A DNA stretch of 61,983 nt, counting the filler. It is 7 parts of 7 records of this genome, joined end to end, with 100 filler letters (N's around TTAATTAATTAA, not from the genome) between each part and the next. Parts side by side here need not be neighbours in the genome. Positions count along the whole stretch, not along the records: positions 43,315 to 50,997 come from SRR31156797_28318; positions 51,098 to 56,327 come from SRR31156797_28321; 5 more parts are not named here. One strand, given 5' to 3'. Below the pieces are notes generated by a model. It worked only from the letters and a program-made list of their open reading frames with translations, did no database searches and was not told where the DNA came from. The position numbers and the translations under genes were made by a program. The number at the start of each line of letters is the position of its first letter. Position 1 is the first letter of the stretch. Of the stretch, positions 43,776 to 52,351 are shown in pieces.

Positions 43776-44300
43776 GTGACTGAACCATTTGTTGGCGAAA
43801 TAAGAATATTTGCAGGCAACTTTGCGCCAAGGGGCTGGGCATTTTGTGACGGCCAATTACTGGCCGTGAGTCAGAATGACGCACTTTTCTCCCTACTGGG
43901 AACCATTTACGGAGGAGACGGCAGAACCACATTCGGTATACCGGATTTACGCGGGCGCACACCCATGCATAAGGGCCGGGGTCCGGGCCTCTCAGATCGA
44001 AGGCTGGGGGCGGCACTAGGAACGGAGAGGGTAACCCTGGTGGAGAGCCAGATGCCGTCACATACCCATAGTTTTGGGGCTTCCACCGACGTTGCCACAC
44101 AGACCAGCCCCGGGGGCAATGTCTTTGCCGCGGGCAGTACGGAAGCGCATTTTTACATTCCGGCCCCTGAAAATCCAAAATCCCTCATGGGAACTCCCGT
44201 GGGCAATACCGGCGGCAGCCAGCCCCACAATAACATGATGCCGGCCCTTTGCCTCAATTTTATCATTTCACTGTTCGGAATCTATCCATCCAGAAATTAA
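43776..44300 (+). CDS. Phage tail-collar domain protein, copy 2
   Basis: GTG start at 43776 after an AAGGAG ribosome site: (M)TEPFVGEIRIFAGNFAPRGWAFCDGQ...YGGDGRTTFGIPDLRGR...PSHTH...GIYPSRN. Confidence 0.92.
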   Translation: MTEPFVGEIRIFAGNFAPRGWAFCDGQLLAVSQNDALFSLLGTIYGGDGRTTFGIPDLRGRTPMHKGRGPGLSDRRLGAALGTERVTLVESQMPSHTHSFGASTDVATQTSPGGNVFAAGSTEAHFYIPAPENPKSLMGTPVGNTGGSQPHNNMMPALCLNFIISLFGIYPSRN

Positions 44301-44311
44301 AGGAGTGAATT

Positions 44312-44839
44312 ATGTCAGAGCCATTTATTGCTGAAGTCAGAATTTGGGCGAATAACTTTGCCCCGCGGGGGTGGGCATTTTGCGACGGTCAACTCCTTCC
44401 TATTTCACAGAATACAGCTCTTTTTTCACTGGTCGGCACCACCTATGGCGGTGATGGCCGAACCACAATGGGGCTACCCGACCTGCAGGACCGGGTGCCC
44501 ATGCACCCGGGCCGGGGGCCCGGTTTAACCGAAAGAAGGCTTGGACAGTTGACAGGAAGCCTGACCACAACTCTGAGCGAAACCCAAATCCCCCAACACA
44601 CCCACAGCGGCGCTTCTGCATCTAAGGTCGCCGGAACAACGGCAAACCCCACAAATCAATACATCGGACAGGGCTCTTCTGGTACTGAAGACCTTTATAC
44701 AACGACCGACACCCCGATAGAAATGAGCCCTTCGGCGCTTCAGAATACCGGGGGCAGCCAGCCTCATTCGAACCTGCAGCCCTTTTTAACCCTTAACTTC
44801 TGTATTGCCATGGTCGGGACGTATCCATCCAGAAGTTAG
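44312..44839 (+). CDS. Phage tail-collar domain protein, copy 3
   Basis: MSEPFIAEVRIWANNFAPRGWAFCDGQ...YGGDG...PQHTH...GTYPSRS; AGGAG ribosome site. Confidence 0.92.
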   Translation: MSEPFIAEVRIWANNFAPRGWAFCDGQLLPISQNTALFSLVGTTYGGDGRTTMGLPDLQDRVPMHPGRGPGLTERRLGQLTGSLTTTLSETQIPQHTHSGASASKVAGTTANPTNQYIGQGSSGTEDLYTTTDTPIEMSPSALQNTGGSQPHSNLQPFLTLNFCIAMVGTYPSRS

Positions 44840-44858
44840 CCAATTTTTCCCATGCTCA

Positions 44859-44894
44859 GCGTCGATTCAGAAGCCCCTTTCTGAATCGGCGTTT
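44859..44894. terminator. Hairpin terminator between the collar trio and the convergent gene
   Basis: GCGTCGATTCAGAA...TTCTGAATCGGCGT followed by TT. Confidence 0.65.
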
Positions 44895-44925
44895 ATCTCT
44901 TCCCGGTTGACCTAAATCAACCTGT

Positions 44926-45225
44926 TTAATCATCCAATATATTATTGAATAAAGACTGATAACTCATCACACCGTCAATATTCCCCACAGGCACCAAAAA
45001 CAAATCGATTTTACCCAGTTTGGGGTGGCCAAGGCAATAGGTTCCCTGGGGCAACGCTTTTTGTTCAGGTCCCTCAAAAATAAACCAAAAAACATTCTGC
45101 CTGTTTTTTTTCTGTTCCGTGGATTCTGTCAATTTCAGTTCCACCCGTTCTCCGTCATCAAAACAAATTTCAAAGACCTCGTTTAAATAAGGATCAAGTC
45201 CGGCTTTTGTTATTTGCGTGTCCAT
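44926..45225 (-). CDS. DUF6916-like small protein associated with tail-collar gene trios
   Basis: F.FIFEGP...LPQGTY.L.HPKLG.IDLFLVPVG......YQSLFN motif; family recalled from memory. Confidence 0.7.
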   Translation of the reverse strand: MDTQITKAGLDPYLNEVFEICFDDGERVELKLTESTEQKKNRQNVFWFIFEGPEQKALPQGTYCLGHPKLGKIDLFLVPVGNIDGVMSYQSLFNNILDD

Positions 45226-45374
45226 GAATCATTTTTCCTTTCATTGGTCGGTATTCTAGAGATAGGCAGTTGTTTGTTGCCAAGCAATTTATAGCAAAAG
45301 ATGAAAAGATGATCAAGAGCCTGGAATATGGCCCCAACCGGGCACGACATCCTTATCATCCACACTTGCTTGGA

Positions 45375-45830
45375 GATACCTTTTAATGACATTCCAATAC
45401 CCCTGCTTTGGTGATCCCACGACCATGGAAAGCCCTACTTTTACCAATTGATCCTACGGCTGAGGCCCAAGGATGAAGCGATTTTTTCGAAAAAACACGA
45501 AGCATCGGATTTCGTCGAATGCAGTTGGTGATGAACGAATGAATCTTGGACGAACCCAACACCGTCCCCAAGGGACGCAGAAACCCTCTGATAACAATGG
45601 AGATCAATGGTCGGCGCATTTTCTCCAAAGGCACGAACTGGGTGCATCCAGAGATCTTTTATGGCGTTATCGACGAACGACGGTATCGTGAACAACTGAT
45701 CTTAGCGAAGGAAGCGAGTTTCAATATCTTAAAGGTCTGGGGCTGCGGTATCGTCAACAAAGAGACTTTCTTCGATATCTGAGACGAACTAGGGCGCTTG
45801 CTTTGGCAGGAGTTTCCACATTGCTTACCC
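45375..45830 (+). pseudogene. Degraded GH2 beta-mannosidase fragment
   Basis: PLLW*SHDHGKPYFY, then a frameshift, then IGFRRMQLVMNE*...MEINGRRIFSKGTNWV...NILKVWGCG...FFDI*DELGRLLWQEFP. Three TGA stops and one frameshift; both ends of the gene are missing. Confidence 0.8.
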
Positions 45831-46307
45831 GTCTTCGATTCGCAACCGAACGGAAGTTCGCGAGTTTTCTTTTAACTCTGTGATTTTAGTCGTTGCAGGA
45901 TTGCCGGATTATGTTCAGACATGTACCTCGAACCGGACGCCTATTGACCTTGCAGAAATTCTTCTGCCTGGGATCTCTTTGGAGATTTTCAGCTGCCCCT
46001 CTTTGGTTTTCTGGTTCTTCAGCATAATTTTATTTCGTGCTCATTCCTTAGTTTCTGCAAGCGGCTCATAATAGTATCTTTTAAATTTAGACAGATTTTG
46101 GATTACAAGTTTAATCGTTTTTCTAAACACGTGATATTTCGTCATTTATATATTGTATTTCACCACCTGACCGATATTCAGTCAAGCTTGATTTAAAAAA
46201 AATTTTCAATTGACCAAATGGTTTATGGCATAGTACTGTTTTTAAAATGTTTAATCAAAGGTTAAGGGACGTGGTCCCTTGCAACACGTCAAAAAGGATT
46301 AAGACTC

Positions 46308-47540
46308 ATGAATCTTCAAGGAGATTTTGAAGGTCTGACACTGGCAAGCATACTCCAGCTTCTATGCAATGATCAGAAAACAGGCATTTTGACCGTAACG
46401 AACGGTGAAGATAACAGCCGGGTATTTTTTGATCAGGGCACCATTGTTTATGCTACCTCCCCTCTGAAACAGACACGCCTTGGATTTCTGCTTCAAAATT
46501 CAGGTGTTGTATCAGGCCAGCAGTTGTCCAAATGTCTGGCCTATGCACGGGAACACAAGATTCATTTAGGAAAGGTCCTAGTACAAAAGGGATACATTTC
46601 CCAAGACACCTTAAAAAAATACAACACCAAACAGGTGGAAGCCATCCTCTATGATCTGTTGCTGTGGGAAAAAGGAAAATTTGAATACAAAGATGCCAGG
46701 CTGAACCTGACCAATATGATTGTCACCCAGCTCAATCCCATGAGACTGATCCTTGAGGCATCCCGGCGCATTGACGAGTTGTCCGTTCTCAGAAAGGTTA
46801 TCCCTTCGGATCAACTGGTATTTAAAATGTCCGGCAAGGTACACAGCAAAGAAGAAATCAAGCTGAACGCCAACGAATGGCGTGTACTTTCCCTGATTGA
46901 CGCTACCCGTTCCGTTCGCCAGGTAATCAGAGAAAGCGGCTATGATGAATTTGCCGTATATAAAATTCTTTTCTCGGTAATTTCGTCAGGACTTATTGTA
47001 CAAAAACAAGAGGTTGTCCTGACCGGTGGAAATGACGGCAATAGCCTGTCAGGCGTTCTCACCATGTTCAATGATATTTTTAAAGCCATGGAGAAGAATC
47101 TGTCAGCAGAACTCGGGGAAAAAGCCATGGAAATTTTTAAGGAGACCATATCTGCCCTTCCCCCGGATTTTCAGACGGTGCTGCTGGATTACAGAGTTGA
47201 AAACCAAAAAAATTCCAATATTCAGGTTGTGGAAACCGCCCTTGCCGGGCTTGATCCGGCACCGGACGACCAGAAGGAATTTCTTACCACAGGATTTATA
47301 ACCTATTGTGGTTTGATTCTTAAAAAAGCCGGGGATCTTCTTGGCGGACAACCCTTAAACAATGTTTTGGTAGACATCGAAAAAGTGCTGGACTACATCA
47401 CGAAATACCAGAGCAGCTCCAGTGAGAAGGACAAAATCATCACAGATTTAAAAAACCTAATCAGACAGACCCGTTCAGATTTCAACATCAGCTCAACAAA
47501 AACAAAAGGCAAAAAAGGCCTGTTTTCATTATTTTCATGA
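46308..47540 (+). CDS. DUF4388 (PatA_N-like) protein with a MshEN-like motif pair and a basic/hydrophobic C-terminal tail
   Basis: MNLQGDFEGLTLASILQLL...KTGILTV...FFDQGTIVYA; LLLWEKGKFEY; LILEASRRIDE; C-terminus KGKKGLFSLFS. Confidence 0.85.
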   Translation: MNLQGDFEGLTLASILQLLCNDQKTGILTVTNGEDNSRVFFDQGTIVYATSPLKQTRLGFLLQNSGVVSGQQLSKCLAYAREHKIHLGKVLVQKGYISQDTLKKYNTKQVEAILYDLLLWEKGKFEYKDARLNLTNMIVTQLNPMRLILEASRRIDELSVLRKVIPSDQLVFKMSGKVHSKEEIKLNANEWRVLSLIDATRSVRQVIRESGYDEFAVYKILFSVISSGLIVQKQEVVLTGGNDGNSLSGVLTMFNDIFKAMEKNLSAELGEKAMEIFKETISALPPDFQTVLLDYRVENQKNSNIQVVETALAGLDPAPDDQKEFLTTGFITYCGLILKKAGDLLGGQPLNNVLVDIEKVLDYITKYQSSSSEKDKIITDLKNLIRQTRSDFNISSTKTKGKKGLFSLFS

Positions 47541-47553
47541 TAGTGTTATTTAT

Positions 47554-47829
47554 TTAGGCGTCTGCCACCTTTGCTCCCCCATAGGCCAGAAAAGCCAGAG
47601 CCGCTGTTCTAAAAAGCGCCCGGATGATTTCTAAAATTTCCTGGTCCATAAAACTGCCAAGAATGGTGACATAATCAGCAATAAACAACAAACTCACCGT
47701 CACGAGAATCAAATTGATAACTTTTCCCACTTTACCCCCGGCATATTTGATCCGGGCTTTATTGAATACAAAAATAATAATCAGATAAATAATGAGTGTA
47801 AATACAGATATGATCATTTGAGTGGTCAT
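47554..47829 (-). CDS. Small membrane protein (about 3 TM), unknown function
   Basis: Three hydrophobic segments, KYAGGKVGK loop, AGGAG ribosome site upstream. Confidence 0.75.
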   Translation of the reverse strand: MTTQMIISVFTLIIYLIIIFVFNKARIKYAGGKVGKVINLILVTVSLLFIADYVTILGSFMDQEILEIIRALFRTAALAFLAYGGAKVADA

Positions 47830-47924
47830 GATATCTCCTGGTTATTTAGAGCCTTTAAAAAATTGATGAATTGGCTGCAATCTCATGAAATTTCGCTTTG
47901 GTCCCCTATTTTTTAAACTGGCTT

Positions 47925-48269
47925 TTATGCGTTCTTTTTGGTCAAAACTGAAAATATTTCTTCTGCTATCCGGTCAGTTCCAGGGCTTTGGACCCCGGTT
48001 TCGGCGACAACCGTAAGAAAATGCCTGCCAAAGGGAAAAATTAAAACCTGTGTATTGTTCCGTCTTAAAAAAGCAGCATACCTAAACTGCCTTGGGCTGA
48101 TGGACAAATTAATGTTACCACAGGCAGCAATTGCTTTGGCTATTTTTTTTTCTGCACCGGCCCGCCTTTTCAAAGCAACGTTGGGGTAAAGCATATTCCC
48201 GTGCTCATCCACAATAAAAAAGCCAGTCACACCTTTTATCCTGCTGATGCTTGAAAGGTACACTTCCAT
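47925..48269 (-). CDS. Roadblock/LC7-like (MglB-like) protein
   Basis: LSSISRIKGVTGFFIVDEHGNML...VLIFPFGRHFLTVVA pattern, 114 aa, in the mglA operon. Confidence 0.7.
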   Translation of the reverse strand: MEVYLSSISRIKGVTGFFIVDEHGNMLYPNVALKRRAGAEKKIAKAIAACGNINLSISPRQFRYAAFLRRNNTQVLIFPFGRHFLTVVAETGVQSPGTDRIAEEIFSVLTKKNA

Positions 48270-48275
48270 TATCCG

Positions 48276-48758
48276 CTACCTTTTTTTGTGAGCCCACTGC
48301 ATAAAGAAATGATGAAACGGCCCAGGCAGATCCGGTGTCAGGGCAATAAGCACCAGATACAACCCCTTTTTTTTCCCGGCTACAAAAAAATATTTGTCCG
48401 CTATCAAAACGGTCATGGCGCGAATATCGGGCATGGCCTGAAGCCCTTTATCAAAACTTTGCACCAGACGCCGTCCAAGACTGTGAATGTCTTCGGGGAA
48501 CAGCAGATCAGGCATCCGGCAGGCGGTAATCCCTTTTATTATATCATAGATAAAGCCCCCCACCATCTGCGGGTCCCGGTCAAGTGCCTGAAACAAAATA
48601 CCAAAGGCGTTATCCTGCTGTTTTTTTTGCTGCCGCAAAGGCAGAGGAAAAGCATTATGATATCCGCATGCATGGCAGCTGAAAACTGCACGACCCTGGA
48701 CAATATGTGATTCACGAATCTGATTTTTTTCACCGCAGTTCTCACAGAATACGATCAT
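48276..48758 (-). CDS. Zinc-ribbon (MJ0042-like) fused to a Roadblock-like domain
   Basis: MIVFCENCG-X-FSCHACG zinc ribbon, then DPQMVGGFIYD...GLYLVLIA Roadblock-like alpha/beta pattern. Confidence 0.7.
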   Translation of the reverse strand: MIVFCENCGEKNQIRESHIVQGRAVFSCHACGYHNAFPLPLRQQKKQQDNAFGILFQALDRDPQMVGGFIYDIIKGITACRMPDLLFPEDIHSLGRRLVQSFDKGLQAMPDIRAMTVLIADKYFFVAGKKKGLYLVLIALTPDLPGPFHHFFMQWAHKKR

Positions 48759-48759
48759 C

Positions 48760-50544
48760 CTATCCCTTGAACTTAGCCTTTAACCTAGCAAAAAAACCTT
48801 TTTTCTTTTGGTCCCCATCCTTTTTCTGTATCTCATTGGACTCTGCAGTTTCCATGCCGTTCACCCCCTCATTTGATTCAGGAGACTTGAGCAAGCCGTC
48901 TTCCTCAGTATCAGGCAATGCTTGCTGATGAATAAACCGGGCCATGGAGGAGACAAGGTCGACAAGCCTGGCCTTGTCTGAATCCGAGGCCCAAATTTCA
49001 TTTAAGTTTGCAACCTTTTCTTGAACCTGTTCAAAGACGTCCAAACTGCTCAACGTATCAGGGTCGGAAAGCAGATTTTGAAGATCATCCAAATCCGGGG
49101 CCGGTTCCCGGGTAGCCATATCGTCATCAGTGTCATCTTCCCGGGATATCTCTGGAAACGCTTCATCATTGCCCGGCTCTCCTTGCAAATGAGCATCATC
49201 CCCTTGCATATCGGGAACAGGAACAATATGCCCGGAAAAATCAACAGATTCTTTTGAAAAACCACTTTCGCCCCCCAAAGTTTCAACATGGTCCAAGGCC
49301 TGGGAAGCCGGCGGCGCCTGTGCATCCACAACGTCAGCATCTGATGTATTGAGGCTGAAAAAAGCATCGAGCCTGCGTTCAATCTCGGGAATCGGTGTAC
49401 TATCCATTCTTTGGGGGGTTATCTGCCGAGTCCCTGCTTCTTTTTCAGCTTCACCCAATACGCCGGGCATAGCTGCCGCATTTTCCTGATCCGGACCATG
49501 GATACCTGAAAGATGAATGGCATCAAGCAGTTCATCAGCCGGTGACTCCTTCATGGAAAACAAATCTGTCATAACATCCCGCTGGGGCACAAAGGCATCC
49601 TTTCCCTTTGACGGTGTTCCTTTAGTTGATTCAAGGTCCAGTGCCGGGTCTGTCATTGGGTCATCCAGGGCAAAGAACTGACCATCTTCCAGGTCAGATG
49701 CTTTCTTCCCTATATGGGATAAAGCCGGTGCAAAGCCGTCACCTTCACTGTTGTCACCATTGCTGTCCGGGGCAGCCGACTGACCCTGGGCAGAAGATTG
49801 AATTGTCCGGGCTGGTAAGGCAGCATGATCTTCCGGGCTCAGGTCAGGGCTTAAACCCGCTTCAATCTTACGTTGAAATACCTTGTACGCCTGGATATTG
49901 GCCTGCACCAACTGTTTTTTCTTATCAGGCGCCATGTCCGGATGAGCCACCAGCAGTTCATACTGCTGGAATACCCAGCGCAGCAGGGAAACAGAATCCT
50001 GGTGGGCATCGGCTTTGCGTTTGGCAATGTGTGCGCCTATCTGATGCATAATGCGCAAAAAGGTATAATGCATTTTGTGAAATTTAAGCCGCTGTTCAAG
50101 CCTTGAGACCACACGGTCAAATCCTTTCATGGTGATGCTTGAAATCTCCCAATCCACCGAAAGAATGACGGCTTTTAGTTCTTCCATTTCTGAATCCAGG
50201 ATAAGCTTTCCCGATTCAATGGCAGATTTCAAAGATTTAAATGTCCGCTTACTTCTCAATAAAATCTGCGCCTGGTCTTCAGCCGTTTGTGACATTAAAA
50301 GGCTTTTCAAATTACCGGACAGCGTTCCAAGGGCAGGAAGGGTTTCTGGATGAACCTTATCCTTTCGTGAATTGAGATATTTTGTCAGGGACTGCATCAT
50401 TTTTATAACAGTCACGAATTGTTGTTTTCCGGCATACCCGGACTCCAGCGAATGAAGACTGTCGGAAATTGCTTTTACATCAGCGGCCTCAACCCCGTTT
50501 GTCATTTGTTCAATAATTTGTTGTATTTGATCAACAGAATCCAA
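48760..50544 (-). CDS. Uncharacterised protein: two helical repeats, long acidic low-complexity linker, helical domain, amphipathic C-terminus
   Basis: TTG start with GGAGG ribosome site; repeats ...KYLNSRKDKVHPETL... and ...AHIAKRKADAHQDSV...; C-terminus KKKGFFARLKAKFKG. Confidence 0.8.
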   Translation of the reverse strand: MDSVDQIQQIIEQMTNGVEAADVKAISDSLHSLESGYAGKQQFVTVIKMMQSLTKYLNSRKDKVHPETLPALGTLSGNLKSLLMSQTAEDQAQILLRSKRTFKSLKSAIESGKLILDSEMEELKAVILSVDWEISSITMKGFDRVVSRLEQRLKFHKMHYTFLRIMHQIGAHIAKRKADAHQDSVSLLRWVFQQYELLVAHPDMAPDKKKQLVQANIQAYKVFQRKIEAGLSPDLSPEDHAALPARTIQSSAQGQSAAPDSNGDNSEGDGFAPALSHIGKKASDLEDGQFFALDDPMTDPALDLESTKGTPSKGKDAFVPQRDVMTDLFSMKESPADELLDAIHLSGIHGPDQENAAAMPGVLGEAEKEAGTRQITPQRMDSTPIPEIERRLDAFFSLNTSDADVVDAQAPPASQALDHVETLGGESGFSKESVDFSGHIVPVPDMQGDDAHLQGEPGNDEAFPEISREDDTDDDMATREPAPDLDDLQNLLSDPDTLSSLDVFEQVQEKVANLNEIWASDSDKARLVDLVSSMARFIHQQALPDTEEDGLLKSPESNEGVNGMETAESNEIQKKDGDQKKKGFFARLKAKFKG

Positions 50545-50555
50545 GATTCGCCTCC

Positions 50556-50997
50556 TTAAAATAGCTGATCCTGGATAGACACCAGGGTAGTGGATATGAT
50601 TCTTTTCAAGGTAGATATCACATTTCCCCCGTTCGTTGCACTACTCTCAAACGCCGGTACCTTAAGGCGACTGTTCAGATCTTTTTGCAGTGTTTTTGAA
50701 TCCAGCGTCGCAACATCGGATGGTCGCAGATCCACTTTATTGTACTGCATGACCAGGGGCATTTTTAAAAGATCCAACTGATGGATTTGAAGATTTTCAT
50801 ATAACTGGTTAAGGGACTCTATATTTTCTCTGCGCCGGCTTTTCTGGACATCAGCCACAAACACAATACCGTCAACCCCCCTTAACACAAGCTTGCGTGT
50901 GGCATTATACTTTACCTGCCCCGGAACAGTGTACAGTTGGATGGTTACGTCAAAACCCTTGATTTTACCGACATCAAAGGGAAGAAAATCAAAAAAC
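50556..50997 (-). CDS. mglA: MglA-family small Ras-like GTPase, 5'-truncated
   Basis: Extended frame from the contig edge: FFDFLPFDVGKIKGFDVTIQLYTVPGQVKYNATRKLVLRGVDGIVFVAD...QYNKVDL...ESSATNG (MglA TVPGQ G3 variant and NKxD). Confidence 0.92.
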
Positions 50998-51097
50998 NNN
51001 NNNNNNNNNNNNNNNNNNNNNNNNNNNNNNNNNNNNNNNNNTTAATTAATTAANNNNNNNNNNNNNNNNNNNNNNNNNNNNNNNNNNNNNNNNNNNN
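50998..51097. other. Artificial contig linker
   Basis: N44-TTAATTAATTAA-N44. Confidence 0.99.
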
Positions 51098-51102
51098 CTA
51101 AG

Positions 51103-52317
51103 TTACCTTGTTTTCAAAAGCTTTTTTGCCCGAATCAATGCTTCCACAAAATAGTAATCGGCATAGGTGAGGGGAACATCAACCTCGCTTCCATTAGGCA
51201 TATGGCCAACACTGTGTTTTAGAATAAAATTGGCATTTGTCCCAACTTCTGCCAAGTATTTTTCGGAACTTAAACTACGAATCTGTTTTTTAGCCACCGA
51301 AAGGTATTCATCAGATTTCTTAGAAGAAACATACTGACTAAGTTCTAATAAGGCCGAGCAAATTAAGGCTCCGGCAGAAGCATCACGAAGAGCATTGGGA
51401 ATATCCGGTGCGTTAAAATCCCAGTAAGGAATTTTATCTTCCGGAAGGTTTGGATGATTAAGAATAAAATCGGCAATCCCTTCCGCTTGTTTCAAATAAA
51501 CAGAATCTCCGGTAAACCGGAACATCATGGTATAACCATAAAGCCCCCAGCCTTGTCCGCGTGCCCAGGCCGATGCATCAGAATACCCTTGTGCAGTTGT
51601 TTTCTTTTCCACCATACCTGTTATGGTATCGTACGAAACCACATGGAAACTACTGTAATCTTCTCTGAAATGATTTGCCATTGTTGTATTGGCATGGCTG
51701 CGAGCAACATGACTGAATGTGGTATCATTAAATGATTTTGCAGTCCATTCCAGCAGTTCCAGGTTCATCATATTATCGATAATAACCGGGTATTCCCATT
51801 GGGCACTCCAGCTGGCATAATCCCACGAACGAATACAACCTGTAGTTGGTCTGAAACGAGTTATCAACGATTTTGAGGCCGTATGAATTACATCTTTGTA
51901 TTTCGGGGTTTGGGTTAAACGATAGCCATTGCCAAAACTGCAGAAGATCATAAAGCCCACATCGTGATTGTCGGTGGTATATTGTTGATCTTCAATCCGA
52001 AGCGTATATTTTTCTGCCCACATTTTTAACGAATCGCTTGGAGTATTCTCGTAAAGGTACCAAAGTACACCCGGGAAAAAACCACTTACCCACCACGCTG
52101 AATTGCAGGTTTCGAGTTCACCATTTTTACCCATGGTTTTGGGCAGAAGTGCCGGTTGGTTCTTTAGCGTTTCGGCCATTTTTAAGCTTTGCTGTGTTGC
52201 AACAGTCAATGCTTTTTCAATGACATGTTCTAATGGTTCTTTCTGTGGTTTATTCGAATCTTTACACGAAAAAAGAACGGTAAATGAGAGAAGAAGCAGA
52301 AATAGTTTTTTAATCAT
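51103..52317 (-). CDS. GH88 unsaturated glucuronyl hydrolase (lipoprotein)
   Basis: WVSGFFPG, NHDVGF, VIIDNMMNL, WARGQGW, PYWDF, RDASA, YADYYFVEAL. Confidence 0.93.
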   Translation of the reverse strand: MIKKLFLLLLSFTVLFSCKDSNKPQKEPLEHVIEKALTVATQQSLKMAETLKNQPALLPKTMGKNGELETCNSAWWVSGFFPGVLWYLYENTPSDSLKMWAEKYTLRIEDQQYTTDNHDVGFMIFCSFGNGYRLTQTPKYKDVIHTASKSLITRFRPTTGCIRSWDYASWSAQWEYPVIIDNMMNLELLEWTAKSFNDTTFSHVARSHANTTMANHFREDYSSFHVVSYDTITGMVEKKTTAQGYSDASAWARGQGWGLYGYTMMFRFTGDSVYLKQAEGIADFILNHPNLPEDKIPYWDFNAPDIPNALRDASAGALICSALLELSQYVSSKKSDEYLSVAKKQIRSLSSEKYLAEVGTNANFILKHSVGHMPNGSEVDVPLTYADYYFVEALIRAKKLLKTR

Positions 52318-52351
52318 AGCAGTTTGTATTTAGTTTCTAATTAGAATTCGG

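Noticed and set aside
43315-44839. Prophage call based on tail-fibre-like genes
   Set aside because: No integrase, terminase, capsid or sheath genes in the contig.
45412-45782. TGA at a conserved Cys position suggesting selenocysteine or stop-codon recoding
   Set aside because: Other TGAs fall at non-Cys positions, there is a frameshift, and a neighbouring gene (46308..47540) ends in TGA normally. Pseudogene decay explains it.
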